From Trueperaceae bacterium (lineage in GTDB: Bacteria; Deinococcota; Deinococci; Deinococcales; Trueperaceae), in NCBI GenBank assembly GCA_002707365.1, contig PAMQ01000015.1:1-64000 (forward strand): 64,000 nucleotides of DNA. The letters run 5' to 3'. The notes beneath the pieces are model-generated. The model saw nothing but the letters and a program-made list of their open reading frames with translations, was not told the origin of the DNA and searched no databases. Positions 51,711-62,784 of the stretch are shown in pieces (position 1 is the first letter of the stretch; each line of letters opens with the position of its first letter). A program made the translations under genes and the position numbers.

Positions 51711-53042
51711 TTGCTAGCACACGTAATAACTTACGGCTGTCAGATGAATGAGTACGATACTCATACAATACAGTCTGAATTAGTTGCGGGTGGCCACGAT
51801 CTCGTTGATGACCCCAAAGACGCTGAGTTAATCATTATGAACACATGTGCCATTCGCGGCAAACCCGTAGAAAAAGTCGTGACTATGCTTGGTGAGCTCC
51901 GCAAAGCTAAAAGAACTGGTCGCGAACTGACAGTAGCCCTCATGGGTTGTCTGGCGCAACTCGATGAAGGCCAGGCGCTTGCAGACAAATTCGGAGTGGA
52001 TATACTACTGGGTCCCGGAGCAATAACTGATATCCTACCGGCGATTGAAGCAATCGAATTCAGCGGGTCCTACCGTAATCTGGAATTTGACAAAGCCCTA
52101 GAAACCCACCTAACGCCAGCACCAAACAGCCTTACTGGTTTTCTCACCATAATGCGCGGATGTGACCATCACTGCACTTATTGCATCGTACCAACTACAC
52201 GAGGACCTGAAATCTCGCGGCCAGTTGAAGTGATCCTAAAAGAAGCTGAAGCAATGCGAGAGGCGGGCGTCCAAGAAATATATCTTCTTTGACAAAACGT
52301 AAACAGTTACGGACTCAACGATGGATCTTTACCCTCGTTTGCGGAACTACTTCGGCTAGTAGCTAATACTGGCATTCCCCGAGTGAAATTCACAACCAGC
52401 CACCCAATGAACTTCACGGCGGACATAATCCAAACTATTGCAGAAACCGATAACATCTGCAACTACATCCACCTACCTGTTCAGTCAGGAAGCAATAGAG
52501 TTCTTCGTAGAATGGCAAGAGAATATAAGCGAGATAGGTACATTGAGCTAATCGGAGAAATTCGCGCCATGATTCCTGATCTGGTTATTTCCACCGACAT
52601 TATAGTTGGATTCCCTGGTGAAACAGAGGATGATTTTCAAGAAACCTTGTCTCTTTACGACGAAGTTGGTTTTGACCAAGCCTACACGTTCATTTACAGT
52701 GCCCGACCCGGCACACCAGCGCACACTCATTTCGAAGACTTGCCCAAAAAAGTTAAGACTAACCGACTACAGGAACTGATCGAACACCAAAAAACCTGGT
52801 CGTTACGTAGCAACCGATCATACGTCGGTCAGAGTCTTAGGGTTTTAGTCCGCGATCTAGCCAAGGAGGATGAGTTTGTGGTTGGTCATTCTGATCAAAA
52901 CCATACAGTTCTACTGCCCAAAAAACAAGTTTCAAGACTTGGTTTGCATGAGGTGCTCATCTCTCAAGCAACACCTCACCTTCTTTACGGAAACTTGCTA
53001 GATTCTTCAGAGGCTGCCTTTCCTCTAGCAATGGCATCTTGA
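51711..53042 (+). pseudogene. miaB: tRNA-2-methylthio-N6-dimethylallyladenosine synthase (MiaB) interrupted by a single in-frame TGA
   Basis: ORFs 51711-52292 and 52383-53042 are in the same frame; together they align colinearly with E. coli MiaB (CQMNEY...MRGCDHHCTYCIVPTTRG...GVQEIYLL*QNVNSYG...RVKFTTSHP...HLPVQSGS); the TGA at 52290-52292 falls on the invariant Gly of LLGQNVN (GGA to TGA). Confidence 0.8.
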
Positions 53043-53494
53043 GTATCCAATTGCTGACTAGAGATTTCACGGTTGCGGTTTTTGTCGTTTGGCGTGAGTG
53101 TATACTCCTCCATAAACACCCGAAGCTGGGCATTTGGCTGCCCCCAGGAGGCCATATCGAATCGAACGAACTACCGGAAGAGGCTGCCATTCGTGAAACC
53201 CTTGAAGAATCAGGAGTAACAATTGCTCTCCATGGAACAACAGGTTTAGATGTTAAGCAGCCTAGGCAGCTATTACGCCCTGAGGGTATTCAACTCGAAT
53301 CGATCTTGCCTGACCATGAACACATCGACCTAATTTACTTTGGACACCCTTTGGAACCGTACGAAGGCAACGTCTCAGTTGATGATGGTTGTATGGGTTG
53401 GTACCATCATCGGGATTTTGAAGCACTGCCTTTGTCGCAAGAAGTCCGTTCCTGGTGTAATAAGGCCTTAGTTTCTACAAATCCTAGTTCTTAA
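53039..53494 (+). CDS. NUDIX hydrolase
   Basis: Nudix box [23 protein letters not shown]; overlaps the miaB stop. Confidence 0.8.
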   Translation: MSIQLLTRDFTVAVFVVWRECILLHKHPKLGIWLPPGGHIESNELPEEAAIRETLEESGVTIALHGTTGLDVKQPRQLLRPEGIQLESILPDHEHIDLIYFGHPLEPYEGNVSVDDGCMGWYHHRDFEALPLSQEVRSWCNKALVSTNPSS

Positions 53495-53509
53495 GCACCT
53501 CATCACAAC

Positions 53510-53538
53510 TTGTCTGTAAGGCACCATTTCTGTATACT
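53510..53538 (+). promoter_or_regulatory. Putative promoter of the tRNA cluster: TTGTCT-N17-TATACT
   Basis: Hexamers at 53510-53515 and 53533-53538, about 25 nt upstream of tRNA-Pro(TGG). Confidence 0.4.
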
Positions 53539-53562
53539 TCGGTGGCCTTTGCTGATACCGCG

Positions 53563-53639
<77 letters not shown>

Positions 53640-53654
53640 AGCCAGAACAGCAAT

Positions 53655-53730
53655 GCGGGAGTAGCTCAGCTGGTAGAGCGACAGCCTTCCAAGCTGTATG
53701 TCGCGGGTTCGAATCCCGTCTCCCGCTCCA
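53655..53730 (+). tRNA. tRNA-Gly (anticodon TCC)
   Basis: gcgggag...acagc-cttccaa-gctgt...gcggg-ttcgaat-cccgt-ctcccgc-t-cca; U discriminator typical of tRNA-Gly. Confidence 0.9.
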
Positions 53731-53780
53731 CTTTCACCCTGCGAGAGGCTCCGGGCTCACTCCGGACCCTCTCGCTTCGA

Positions 53781-53857
53781 GCACCAGTAGCTCAGTTGGA
53801 TAGAGCAGCCGCCTTCTAAGCGGTAGGTCGAGGGTTCGAATCCTTCCTGGTGCACCA
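53781..53857 (+). tRNA. tRNA-Arg (anticodon TCT)
   Basis: gcaccag-ta-gctc-agttggata-gagc-a-gccgc-cttctaa-gcggt-aggtc-gaggg-ttcgaat-ccttc-ctggtgc-a-cca. Confidence 0.9.
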
Positions 53858-54184
53858 TCATATTTGTGATAAAGCTTTTGGTTACCCTCAAAGTTGTGTT
53901 TGTTACGTATTTTCTCTGAGAAAAGTTAGCACTATAATTGAGCACTTAAGTCGGAAGGTATTCTAAAAACAGAATTACCTCGAACATTTAAAGATTCAGA
54001 ACCAAAAAACTCCATTGTTGTTCAGTAAAGGGATGTTGAAGCTTTGCAACTCAGCACTAAGCCCCCAATGCAATCGACTCATTCCCTATCGGGGCTTACA
54101 CAACCTTGAAAAATGATGGTTGTTTATTCAATTAGCTGACTTCCCTTCACTATCCCTTTCTGCTAAACTCTTATTCGCGAGTCC

Positions 54185-54262
54185 GGTGGATGTAGCTCAG
54201 CTGGTTAGAGCGCCGGATTGTGGTTCCGGAGGCCGTGGGTTCAAATCCCATCATCCACCCCA
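54185..54262 (+). tRNA. tRNA-His (anticodon GTG) with encoded G-1
   Basis: g-gtggatg...ccgga-ttgtggt-tccgg...gtggg-ttcaaat-cccat-catccac-c-cca; extra 5' G and C discriminator diagnostic of tRNA-His. Confidence 0.9.
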
Positions 54263-54308
54263 GCATATGGAGGTTTTAGCGCCAGCTTGAACGAATAACC
54301 TCCTCCTA

Positions 54309-54394
54309 GCGAGGGTGGCGGAATTGGTAGACGCGCCAGATTTAGGATCTGGTGGATTTTATCCTTGCGGGTTCAAGTCCCGCTCCTCGCACCA
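54309..54394 (+). tRNA. tRNA-Leu (anticodon TAG), class II with long variable arm
   Basis: gcgaggg-tg-gcgg-aattggtaga-cgc...ccaga-tttagga-tctgg-long variable arm-gcggg-ttcaagt-cccgc-tcctcgc-a-cca; 86 nt. Confidence 0.85.
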
Positions 54395-54397
54395 AAG

Positions 54398-54430
54398 GGG
54401 CGGCAAGGACTGCCTTGCTGCCCTTTTATT
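54398..54430 (+). terminator. Rho-independent terminator after the tRNA cluster
   Basis: gggcggcaagg-actg-ccttgctgccc 11-bp stem followed by TTTTATTT. Confidence 0.75.
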
Positions 54431-54464
54431 TAGGCTAATAAACTCAGTGTCGCCTGGAGAGATA

Positions 54465-55724
54465 ATGGAGACCGAACTTCTAGACAAATCCGACATTAAG
54501 GCTAAATTTCGTGTAACCATTCCTGCTGAGATGGTAGATAAGGGATTCCAATCAACTCTTACCACCCTTTCTCGCCAGATACGTGTGCCTGGTTTCAGAG
54601 CTGGGAAAGCGCCACAAGGGGTGCTTCTGCGTAGAATTGGTGAAGATACTCTTAAGGACGAGGTACGTGAAGCCTTAATCAATGCTAATTACCCTCTAGC
54701 AATCAATGAGCTTGGCCTTACAGCTATCCATGTAAACTTTGAAGCCGAGCAGCCCACTGAAGGGCAGGTCTATTCTTTCGAGGTCAGTGTCGATCTATAC
54801 CCAGAGTTTACCCTACCTAACCTTACCGAAATAACGTTAGATTCAACTAATCGATCTGTTACAGAAGAGGATACTAAAAACGCAATTGAGCAATTAGCAA
54901 ACCATAACGCTACGTTGATTCCTGTAGATAGAGCCATAAGTCCGAAAGACTATGTTTTAGTAGAACCGGTATCAAGTGAAGGAGAGAACGCGCCTCTTCC
55001 TATAGACCTTGAACACGCAGGAGAAGACCTGGTTAAGCAATTAGTCGGCAACAAGCAAGGTGAGGAGCTTGAAGTAACTTTTGCTAACTCCGATAATGAC
55101 TCAGAGTCGAATAGTCTTGAGGTGCGAATTGTTGACATTAAAGAAAAAGAGCTTCCTTCTCTAGACGATGATTTCGCTAAGACCCTTGGATTAAACGATT
55201 GGAACGAAGTAACCGCCAGAGTACGCGAAAATCTTGAAGCTCAGTTCGAACAAGAAAACTTTGACAACCACCGCCAAGAGTTTGTAGAGAAACTTCTTGA
55301 ACTAACAACTTTTGAGATTCCTGAGAGCCTCCTGAGTCGAAGAAAGGTGCATCTTCTAGAAGAACTTGCCCAAGACCTTTCGCGTCGTAATTTAACTATT
55401 GAGTCTTATCTTTCTTCATTAGAGGAGAATGGTACTCGCTCAGAGTTCGATGATAATCTCAATAAGCGGGTAGAGCTAGAGGTGCGACGAGATTTAGTGT
55501 TGGAGAAGGTGCACGATACCTTAGGATCCGACATAAAAGACGAGGATTTTAGTAGTGTGCTTGAAGGGTTAGCAGCTAGAGAGGGAAAAGATGTTACTCA
55601 CTTCAAACGTGATCGAGGAGAGTCCTGGTTAACTAACTATAGGGTATTAATATCCCGCGACCAAACATTATCAAACCTAGTCCGGGAAAAGGTAAACGCC
55701 AAATCGTCTATCATCGTGGAGTGA
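54465..55724 (+). CDS. tig: Trigger factor (ribosome-associated chaperone, PPIase)
   Basis: METELLDKSDIKAKFRVTIPAEMV...VPGFRAGKAPQGVLLRRIG matches the trigger-factor N-terminal ribosome-binding domain; ATG 54465 chosen because the longer ORF-track start overlaps tRNA-Leu. Confidence 0.9.
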   Translation: METELLDKSDIKAKFRVTIPAEMVDKGFQSTLTTLSRQIRVPGFRAGKAPQGVLLRRIGEDTLKDEVREALINANYPLAINELGLTAIHVNFEAEQPTEGQVYSFEVSVDLYPEFTLPNLTEITLDSTNRSVTEEDTKNAIEQLANHNATLIPVDRAISPKDYVLVEPVSSEGENAPLPIDLEHAGEDLVKQLVGNKQGEELEVTFANSDNDSESNSLEVRIVDIKEKELPSLDDDFAKTLGLNDWNEVTARVRENLEAQFEQENFDNHRQEFVEKLLELTTFEIPESLLSRRKVHLLEELAQDLSRRNLTIESYLSSLEENGTRSEFDDNLNKRVELEVRRDLVLEKVHDTLGSDIKDEDFSSVLEGLAAREGKDVTHFKRDRGESWLTNYRVLISRDQTLSNLVREKVNAKSSIIVE

Positions 55725-55835
55725 AAGGACGAGTTAACCGATGCTTGCAACCCAAGTAACATTTTTTAGTAAAGCACAAGGACTGTGCCCTGCGACAAAT
55801 AGCTATGTTTGGCGACGGAATGAGGGGCTGCCAAA

Positions 55836-56456
55836 ATGACAACGGTCCCTTATGTCATTGAACAGACAGGTCGTTATGAACGGACATACGATGTGTTCAG
55901 CAGACTCCTCAAGGAAAGAATCATATTTTTGGGTACACCCATCACCGCAGAAGTGGCAAACGTAGTGGTCGCCCAGCTTTTACTACTTGATTCTCAGTCC
56001 AGTGATCAACCCATCAATTTGTTTATTAACTGCCCTGGGGGAGAAATATATTCTGGCCTTGCGATATACGACGTTATGCAATATGTTGCAGCACCAATCC
56101 ACACGAACTGCGTTGGTATAGCAATGTCAATGGGCGCTGTAATCCTGATGGCGGGTGAAGCTGGCAAGCGAGTGGCCCTACCAAACAGTCGCCTCATGAT
56201 TCACCAAGGCTCCGCTGGTTTCCGCGGTAATACACCTGATATAGAGGTGCAAGCACGAGAAGTACTAAACCTTCGAGACATCATGGAAGATATTTACCAC
56301 CAGCACACTAAACATCCCAAGAAACAGCTCCGGCGTGACATGGAAAGAGATAACTTTATGACTCCAGAAGAAGCCGTTGATTACGGACTGATCGATCGAG
56401 TAGTAACGCCTAAAGAAATACCTAACTTCTCGCCTAATAAAGACGAGTCAGTTTAA
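55836..56456 (+). CDS. clpP: ATP-dependent Clp protease proteolytic subunit
   Basis: ERIIFLGTPI...GIAMSMGAVILMAGEAGKRVALPNSRLMIHQ (Ser-His-Asp triad context). Confidence 0.95.
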   Translation: MTTVPYVIEQTGRYERTYDVFSRLLKERIIFLGTPITAEVANVVVAQLLLLDSQSSDQPINLFINCPGGEIYSGLAIYDVMQYVAAPIHTNCVGIAMSMGAVILMAGEAGKRVALPNSRLMIHQGSAGFRGNTPDIEVQAREVLNLRDIMEDIYHQHTKHPKKQLRRDMERDNFMTPEEAVDYGLIDRVVTPKEIPNFSPNKDESV

Positions 56457-56462
56457 AGCAGC

Positions 56463-57662
56463 ATGGTCAAAGTGCAATGTAGTTTTTGTGGCTTGCCCTA
56501 TGGGGAAAGAAGCCAACTAGTTTCTTCTGAGACAGGGACATCCCATATATGTGGTGATTGTATTGACAAGATCACAGAAATGCTGGGCACAGCGATAGAC
56601 AATCACTCCTCATTACCCCAGGTTCCAACACCTCGCGAAATAAAGAAGCAACTTGACCAACACGTTATAGATCAGGAAACAGCTAAAAAAACTTTAGCTG
56701 TAGCCGTTTATAACCATTTTCAGAGGCTAAAAAACCCAGAAGCTAACCTCCAAAAATCAAATATTCTTTTAGTGGGATCAAGTGGGACTGGAAAAACGCT
56801 ATTAGCCCAAACGCTTGCAAAAATTCTTGGTGTTCCTTTTGCGATTGCAGATGCCACAACCCTTACAGAAGCCGGTTATGTTGGTGACGACGTAGAAAAC
56901 ATTGTCCTGAGACTTTTGCAGACCGCTAACTACGATGTTGCAGCCGCAGAACGAGGGATCATATACCTTGACGAGACTGATAAGATTGGCCGGAAATCAG
57001 AAGGGGTTTCGATTACACGTGACGTTTCCGGTGAAGGAGTTCAGCAAGCCCTTCTTAAAATGATTGAAGGGACTGTCACTCATGTTCCTCCCCAAGGAGG
57101 AAGAAAGCATCCCCACCAAGAATTAATCCCAGTTGACACCTCAAACATATTGTTTATCTGTGGTGGATCATTCGAAGGTTTGCAGGACATTATCCGCGCT
57201 CGGATTGACGTAACTCATGTTGGGTTTCAACAAATGGATTTAGGAAATGAAGATCTAATTTCAACGGCCAGCGTTTTACCGGAAGACTTAATGGCTTTTG
57301 GGTTAATTCCAGAGTTAATCGGGCGACTACCCATTACCGTTCGCCTAAATGACTTAGACTTAACTTCGCTCATCGACGTACTTACAAAACCGAAGGACGC
57401 TTTGGTACATCAGTACCAGGAGCTCTTCGCTCTTGAAGGGGTCTCCCTAGTGTTCACTAAGGAGTGTTTAACTGAAATAGCTCGCCGGGCACAAAGCTTT
57501 GGCACGGGCGCTAGAGCTCTTCGTTCAATCATGGAAAACCTTCTTCTTGACCTTATGTTCGAAGTGCCCGGCAATAACATTACTGAACTTATTTTGGAGC
57601 CTGATTCTATGGACAAGCCGAAAACTATCCTCGCAGAAGCCAGAAGGAGAAACACAGCTTAA
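56463..57662 (+). CDS. clpX: ATP-dependent Clp protease ATP-binding subunit ClpX
   Basis: N-terminal C4 zinc finger CSFCGL...CGDC, Walker [15 protein letters not shown]-like loop and sensor motifs. Confidence 0.95.
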   Translation: MVKVQCSFCGLPYGERSQLVSSETGTSHICGDCIDKITEMLGTAIDNHSSLPQVPTPREIKKQLDQHVIDQETAKKTLAVAVYNHFQRLKNPEANLQKSNILLVGSSGTGKTLLAQTLAKILGVPFAIADATTLTEAGYVGDDVENIVLRLLQTANYDVAAAERGIIYLDETDKIGRKSEGVSITRDVSGEGVQQALLKMIEGTVTHVPPQGGRKHPHQELIPVDTSNILFICGGSFEGLQDIIRARIDVTHVGFQQMDLGNEDLISTASVLPEDLMAFGLIPELIGRLPITVRLNDLDLTSLIDVLTKPKDALVHQYQELFALEGVSLVFTKECLTEIARRAQSFGTGARALRSIMENLLLDLMFEVPGNNITELILEPDSMDKPKTILAEARRRNTA

Positions 57663-57664
57663 CC

Positions 57665-58789
57665 CTAGCCGCTCTTAGATCTATTTACAGCCGTCACCAC
57701 CCTCTCCACCGCCCGGTCTACATCAACTTCTGTAATTCCTCGACCGAATGAAAAGCGGACGCTTGACATCGCTTCGTCAGGAGTCATTCCCATATCGGTT
57801 AGAACCTGACTAGGCTTAAAACTGCCGGCGGAGCATGCTGAACCAATACTAGCCGATATACCTTCTAAATCTAGATTCATTAGTAGTGATTGTCCATCTA
57901 CATTGCGAAAGTATAGGTTCGAGTGTTTAGGACTTCTCACTCCACCCCGACCATTAATCACTGGGGAAACGGCTTTTGAAACATTATTCTCGAATCGATC
58001 CCGCAATCTGCGAATCTTGTCAGCCTCGGAATGCACATCTTGGGATGCAAATAACGCTGCTGAACCCATCCCTACTACCGCGGGAGTATTTATAGTACCC
58101 GGTCTTATCCCTTGTTCCTGTGACCCTCCGAATAGGATAGGGTCTATCTCGACATCCTCACGAAAATACAATACGCCAACACCCTTTGGACCATAAATTT
58201 TGTGTCCAGAAAGACTGAGAATATCGACCCCTAGTTCCACTACGTTGAGATCCAGAGAGCCAAATGCTTGGACCGCGTCACAAAAAAGCAAAATTCCCTG
58301 CTTGCGCGTTATTTCTGATATCTTAGCGATGTCTGTCACGACACCTGTTTCACTGTTTACATACATCAAGGCAACTAGAGACGTGTCCGGCTTTAATGCT
58401 CTCTGGACAGCCTCAGCAGTAATGGTTCCTGTACTGTCCGGTTTTACATAATCTAGCTGAAAGCCCTTATTCTTAAGCTGCCTGGTGGCCTCTAAAACAG
58501 ATGGGTGCTCCAACTTTGTTGTCAGGACCCTCCCTGGCGGCCCTTGATGCATCACCGATCGAATTGCGAGGTTATTAGCTTCAGTTGCTCCTGATGTGAA
58601 TACCACTTGACCACCAAGAGCTCCTATCGCCCTTAAGACGTTTTCTCGGGAATCTTCTACTGCCCGTCTGGCTACCTGTCCCAATCTATGAACTGATGAA
58701 GGATTAGCAAAACATTCAGTCCAGAAAGGAGACATAACCTTTCCAACGCGACGGTCCAAGGGGGTTGTGGCCGCAAAGTCTAGATAAAT
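57665..58789 (-). CDS. nifS: Cysteine desulfurase (NifS/IscS, class V aminotransferase); N-terminal boundary uncertain (non-canonical start)
   Basis: SGHKIYGPKGVGVLYF (PLP-Lys) and SACSAGS active-site Cys loop; the conserved N-terminal IYLDFAATTP is encoded in-frame upstream of the TTG used by the ORF track (58759), after an in-frame TAG at 58811-58813 and with no ATG/GTG; candidate starts are CTG 58804, ATT 58789 or TTG 58759. Confidence 0.85.
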   Translation of the reverse strand: MYLDFAATTPLDRRVGKVMSPFWTECFANPSSVHRLGQVARRAVEDSRENVLRAIGALGGQVVFTSGATEANNLAIRSVMHQGPPGRVLTTKLEHPSVLEATRQLKNKGFQLDYVKPDSTGTITAEAVQRALKPDTSLVALMYVNSETGVVTDIAKISEITRKQGILLFCDAVQAFGSLDLNVVELGVDILSLSGHKIYGPKGVGVLYFREDVEIDPILFGGSQEQGIRPGTINTPAVVGMGSAALFASQDVHSEADKIRRLRDRFENNVSKAVSPVINGRGGVRSPKHSNLYFRNVDGQSLLMNLDLEGISASIGSACSAGSFKPSQVLTDMGMTPDEAMSSVRFSFGRGITEVDVDRAVERVVTAVNRSKSG

Positions 58790-58800
58790 ATTGTCTGGTG

Positions 58801-59250
58801 TCAGGTGACTCTAGCAAACTGCTCAGGTAAGGGACCGAGCTGTAAAAGTGAACCATCGTCCAAAAGGTCAGAAATTTTGGTTTCTGAAAGAACAGACCTT
58901 ACCGCTGCATCAACCTGATGCCAGAGATCCTCTGTCGAACACTGTCCTACCCGGTCACAAGCCTCTTTATCTTCTATGCAAATGACAGGGGCAAGAGTAC
59001 CCTCAAGTAATTCTACGACTTCAAGAGCCTCCAATTCTAACGGGGATCTCTTCATTCTGTAACCACCACGTGCACCTCGTACAGATTCTACAAGGCCAGC
59101 CTTTCGCAAGACGGAGAAAATTTGCTCCAAGTATTGGTGACTCAACCCCTGGCGCACTGAAACCACTTTCAGGCTCGTTGGACGTTCGCCGCCTTTAGCG
59201 ATTTCGACGAGAGCCCGCATTCCATATTGAGCACGAGTTGAAATCCACAT
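58801..59250 (-). CDS. iscR: Rrf2-family transcriptional regulator (IscR-like, three-Cys cluster ligands)
   Basis: MWISTRAQYGMRALVEIA...SLKVVSVRQGLSHQYLEQIFSVLRKAGLVESVRGARGGY wHTH, plus C-x6-C-x5-C (CIEDKEACDRVGQC); GGAGGG SD 4 nt upstream of ATG 59250. Confidence 0.85.
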   Translation of the reverse strand: MWISTRAQYGMRALVEIAKGGERPTSLKVVSVRQGLSHQYLEQIFSVLRKAGLVESVRGARGGYRMKRSPLELEALEVVELLEGTLAPVICIEDKEACDRVGQCSTEDLWHQVDAAVRSVLSETKISDLLDDGSLLQLGPLPEQFARVT

Positions 59251-59457
59251 AGAACCCTCCAATCGCCTAAGGGTTAGGAAAACACCGGACAGTATATCGA
59301 GAGCGAGCCGGTTGGGTCAAACAACAGGGGAATCATCTTTTTTCCCTTTAGGCCTTGGCTACGTAATTGTGTCAGGTGGAATTTGTCAAAGAATCTCCTG
59401 GATTAAGCAGCTCTTTGTTCCCTTATCCACAGAACTCAACACAAGATACAGAGTTTC

Positions 59458-60987
59458 TTATCCCTGTCCCAAAGTTGAGAGAAATTCGGCATTAGTATCA
59501 GTACGCTCAAGTCTTGATAACAGCATTTCCATGGCTTCTGATACCCCCATATCGCTAATCACTTTACGGAGTAACCACATCTTTGCGAGTATATCTTCAC
59601 TAAGCAAAAGATCCTCTCTTCTAGTCCCAGACTTCAGAATATCAATGGCGGGGAAAATCCTGCGTTCCTCAAGTCGCCTGGAAAGATGCAGTTCCATATT
59701 TCCTGTACCCTTAAACTCCTCAAAGATGACATCATCCATGCGCGAACCTGTTTCCACTAACGCTGTGGCAAGGATAGAAAGAGAGCCACCACCACGAATA
59801 TTTCTTGCAGCCCCAAGAAATCTCTTTGGCCAATGTAGTGCGTTAGAATCTAAACCACCAGAAAGGGTCCTACCTGTCGCTGGAATCACAAGGTTGTTAG
59901 CCCTTGCTAGGCGTGTTATTGAATCGAGCAGAACCATAACATGGCCACCCTCTTCTACTATTCTTCTCGATCTTTCGTGCACAAATTCAGCAACCCGGAT
60001 GTGATTAGAAGGGGGCTCATCAAAGGTGCTAGCTATCACCTCGACACCATCAACAGATTCCCGAAAATCCGTTACTTCCTCCGGACGCTCATCTACGAGC
60101 AAAACAATTACCTTAATATCATCTTCATTGGTAACCACCGAATTAGCTATCTGCTTAAGGAGAGTTGTTTTCCCTGCCTTCGGTGGAGCGACTATTAATC
60201 CTCGCTGACCTCGCCCGATCGGAGCAAGTAGGTCTATAACGCGGGCAGAAAGTTCCTTCGGTTCTGTTTCGAGAACAACTCTGTGCTCTGGAAAAGTCGG
60301 AATCAGATCGTCAAATCGAGGTCTCTTTGAAGCCTTAAAGGGGTCAACCCCGTTAACCGCTTCAACGCGAATAAGCGTTCCGTACCGTTCATTGTCACGT
60401 GGTCGCCGCGATTTTCCAAGAATAAAATCGCCAGTTCGCAACTTAAATTGTTTAATTAGTCCTGCTGAAACAATTACTGAGCGAGTATTATTCTGAAGCA
60501 AAGATTCTTGAAGAAACCCGTAACCATCAGAAGAAATCTCTAAATACCCCTTCACTAATTTAAGGCCTTCACCCTCTACGCTTAGCTCCAGGATGCTAAT
60601 CACAAGCTCATCAGTATCCATTTTTCGGTAGTCTTTAAGATCCATTTCCTTAGCTAAAATGTGCAGCTCTGGGAGAATCTTTGATTGCAGGTCCTTAAAA
60701 TTCAGACTTTGCTTACGGTTACCACGACCCCGTCTATTACGTGACCGCTCAGACGTTTTCTTATCTTGAGCCTCGCCTTCAACAGTACCTTCAGGCGATT
60801 CAGCCTTAATACCTACATCTTCCTTTTCTTGTTCCACTGTTTCTGAAAGCACTTTTTTCTTCTCTGTCGCGCCAGTACCCTCAACTTCAACCTTTGTCCG
60901 GTTACGGGACCGTCGCTTGGGCTTTTCCTCACCAACCTCATCGTTTATCGTAGCCGAGGGCCCATCAGTCTTACCACGAGGACTCAT
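59458..60987 (-). CDS. rho: Transcription termination factor Rho with ~100-aa charged N-terminal extension
   Basis: Walker A APPKAGKTTLLKQIAN, Q- and R-loops, N-terminal RNA-binding OB domain preceded by a K/R/E-rich low-complexity segment; GGAAG SD before ATG 60987 (MSPRGK). Confidence 0.95.
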   Translation of the reverse strand: MSPRGKTDGPSATINDEVGEEKPKRRSRNRTKVEVEGTGATEKKKVLSETVEQEKEDVGIKAESPEGTVEGEAQDKKTSERSRNRRGRGNRKQSLNFKDLQSKILPELHILAKEMDLKDYRKMDTDELVISILELSVEGEGLKLVKGYLEISSDGYGFLQESLLQNNTRSVIVSAGLIKQFKLRTGDFILGKSRRPRDNERYGTLIRVEAVNGVDPFKASKRPRFDDLIPTFPEHRVVLETEPKELSARVIDLLAPIGRGQRGLIVAPPKAGKTTLLKQIANSVVTNEDDIKVIVLLVDERPEEVTDFRESVDGVEVIASTFDEPPSNHIRVAEFVHERSRRIVEEGGHVMVLLDSITRLARANNLVIPATGRTLSGGLDSNALHWPKRFLGAARNIRGGGSLSILATALVETGSRMDDVIFEEFKGTGNMELHLSRRLEERRIFPAIDILKSGTRREDLLLSEDILAKMWLLRKVISDMGVSEAMEMLLSRLERTDTNAEFLSTLGQG

Positions 60988-61727
60988 TGCAACTTCCTTT
61001 CTCACTGTTTGCCTGCTTCATTGCAGCTTCAGATGAACCGAAGTTATCGGTTAAACGCCTGGCTTCCCTTCATGGGACTTGAAGCGGAGGCAGCCCCTTT
61101 AATCTATTTTTCTCAGCCAAAAACCCAACAAAATACTTTAGGCATGGCAATTAAAACTGTGGGACTGGTATAGTCTGGAAAACAGGGGATAATTAAAACT
61201 ATCCATAACTGTTATATGTTGATTATACAGGAAGCCAGGTTCCTGTAAAGCCTTCCGGCCAACAAAGTTATAATTCCGCAGATAAAAGACCTTTCACGCC
61301 AGCTATAAGGCCGATTTAACTATCAATCAAAATATGTCTTTACGAGAGCCGTTACCCTTCTATCCAATGATTTTCAAAAACCACACTGTTTGAATCAAGT
61401 TGGGTGCGGAGGCGCTCAACAGCTTGCGACCTCGACTTATTGTTTCTGATGTTACATATTTGAGCCAATAAATGTTACTCAGTTTCTTATCTCTAAATTT
61501 TAACTTTGGCGTTTCAACCAAGCCTGCTACAGGTACATAGGTTTTGTTTTTGAACTCACTCAATTACGTAGTGCCTTACAAACTTAATTTAGTTCCTGCG
61601 GTTAATTGCCATTATCAATACTACTGAATAAATCTTTCGCAAAGAATGATAATCCGCTAGCACTTATAACTTCCCAGTATCTAGCACCTTTGACCAGGGG
61701 CAGTATAGAATGTCCAAGGCTCGTTAA

Positions 61728-62768
<1,041 letters not shown>

Positions 62769-62784
62769 GACATCCACCAATAAA

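Noticed and set aside
52290-52292. TGA in miaB read as glycine (genetic code 25) or as selenocysteine
   Set aside because: TGA clearly functions as a stop elsewhere in the window (for example the end of mraZ, rsmH and rrf2), no other gene has internal TGA codons, and the position corresponds to an invariant structural Gly where Sec makes no sense; no SECIS-like hairpin follows
54315-54464. Long N-terminal extension of trigger factor (ORF-track start 54315)
   Set aside because: That extension is translated across tRNA-Leu and its terminator; the conserved trigger-factor N-terminus begins at ATG 54465
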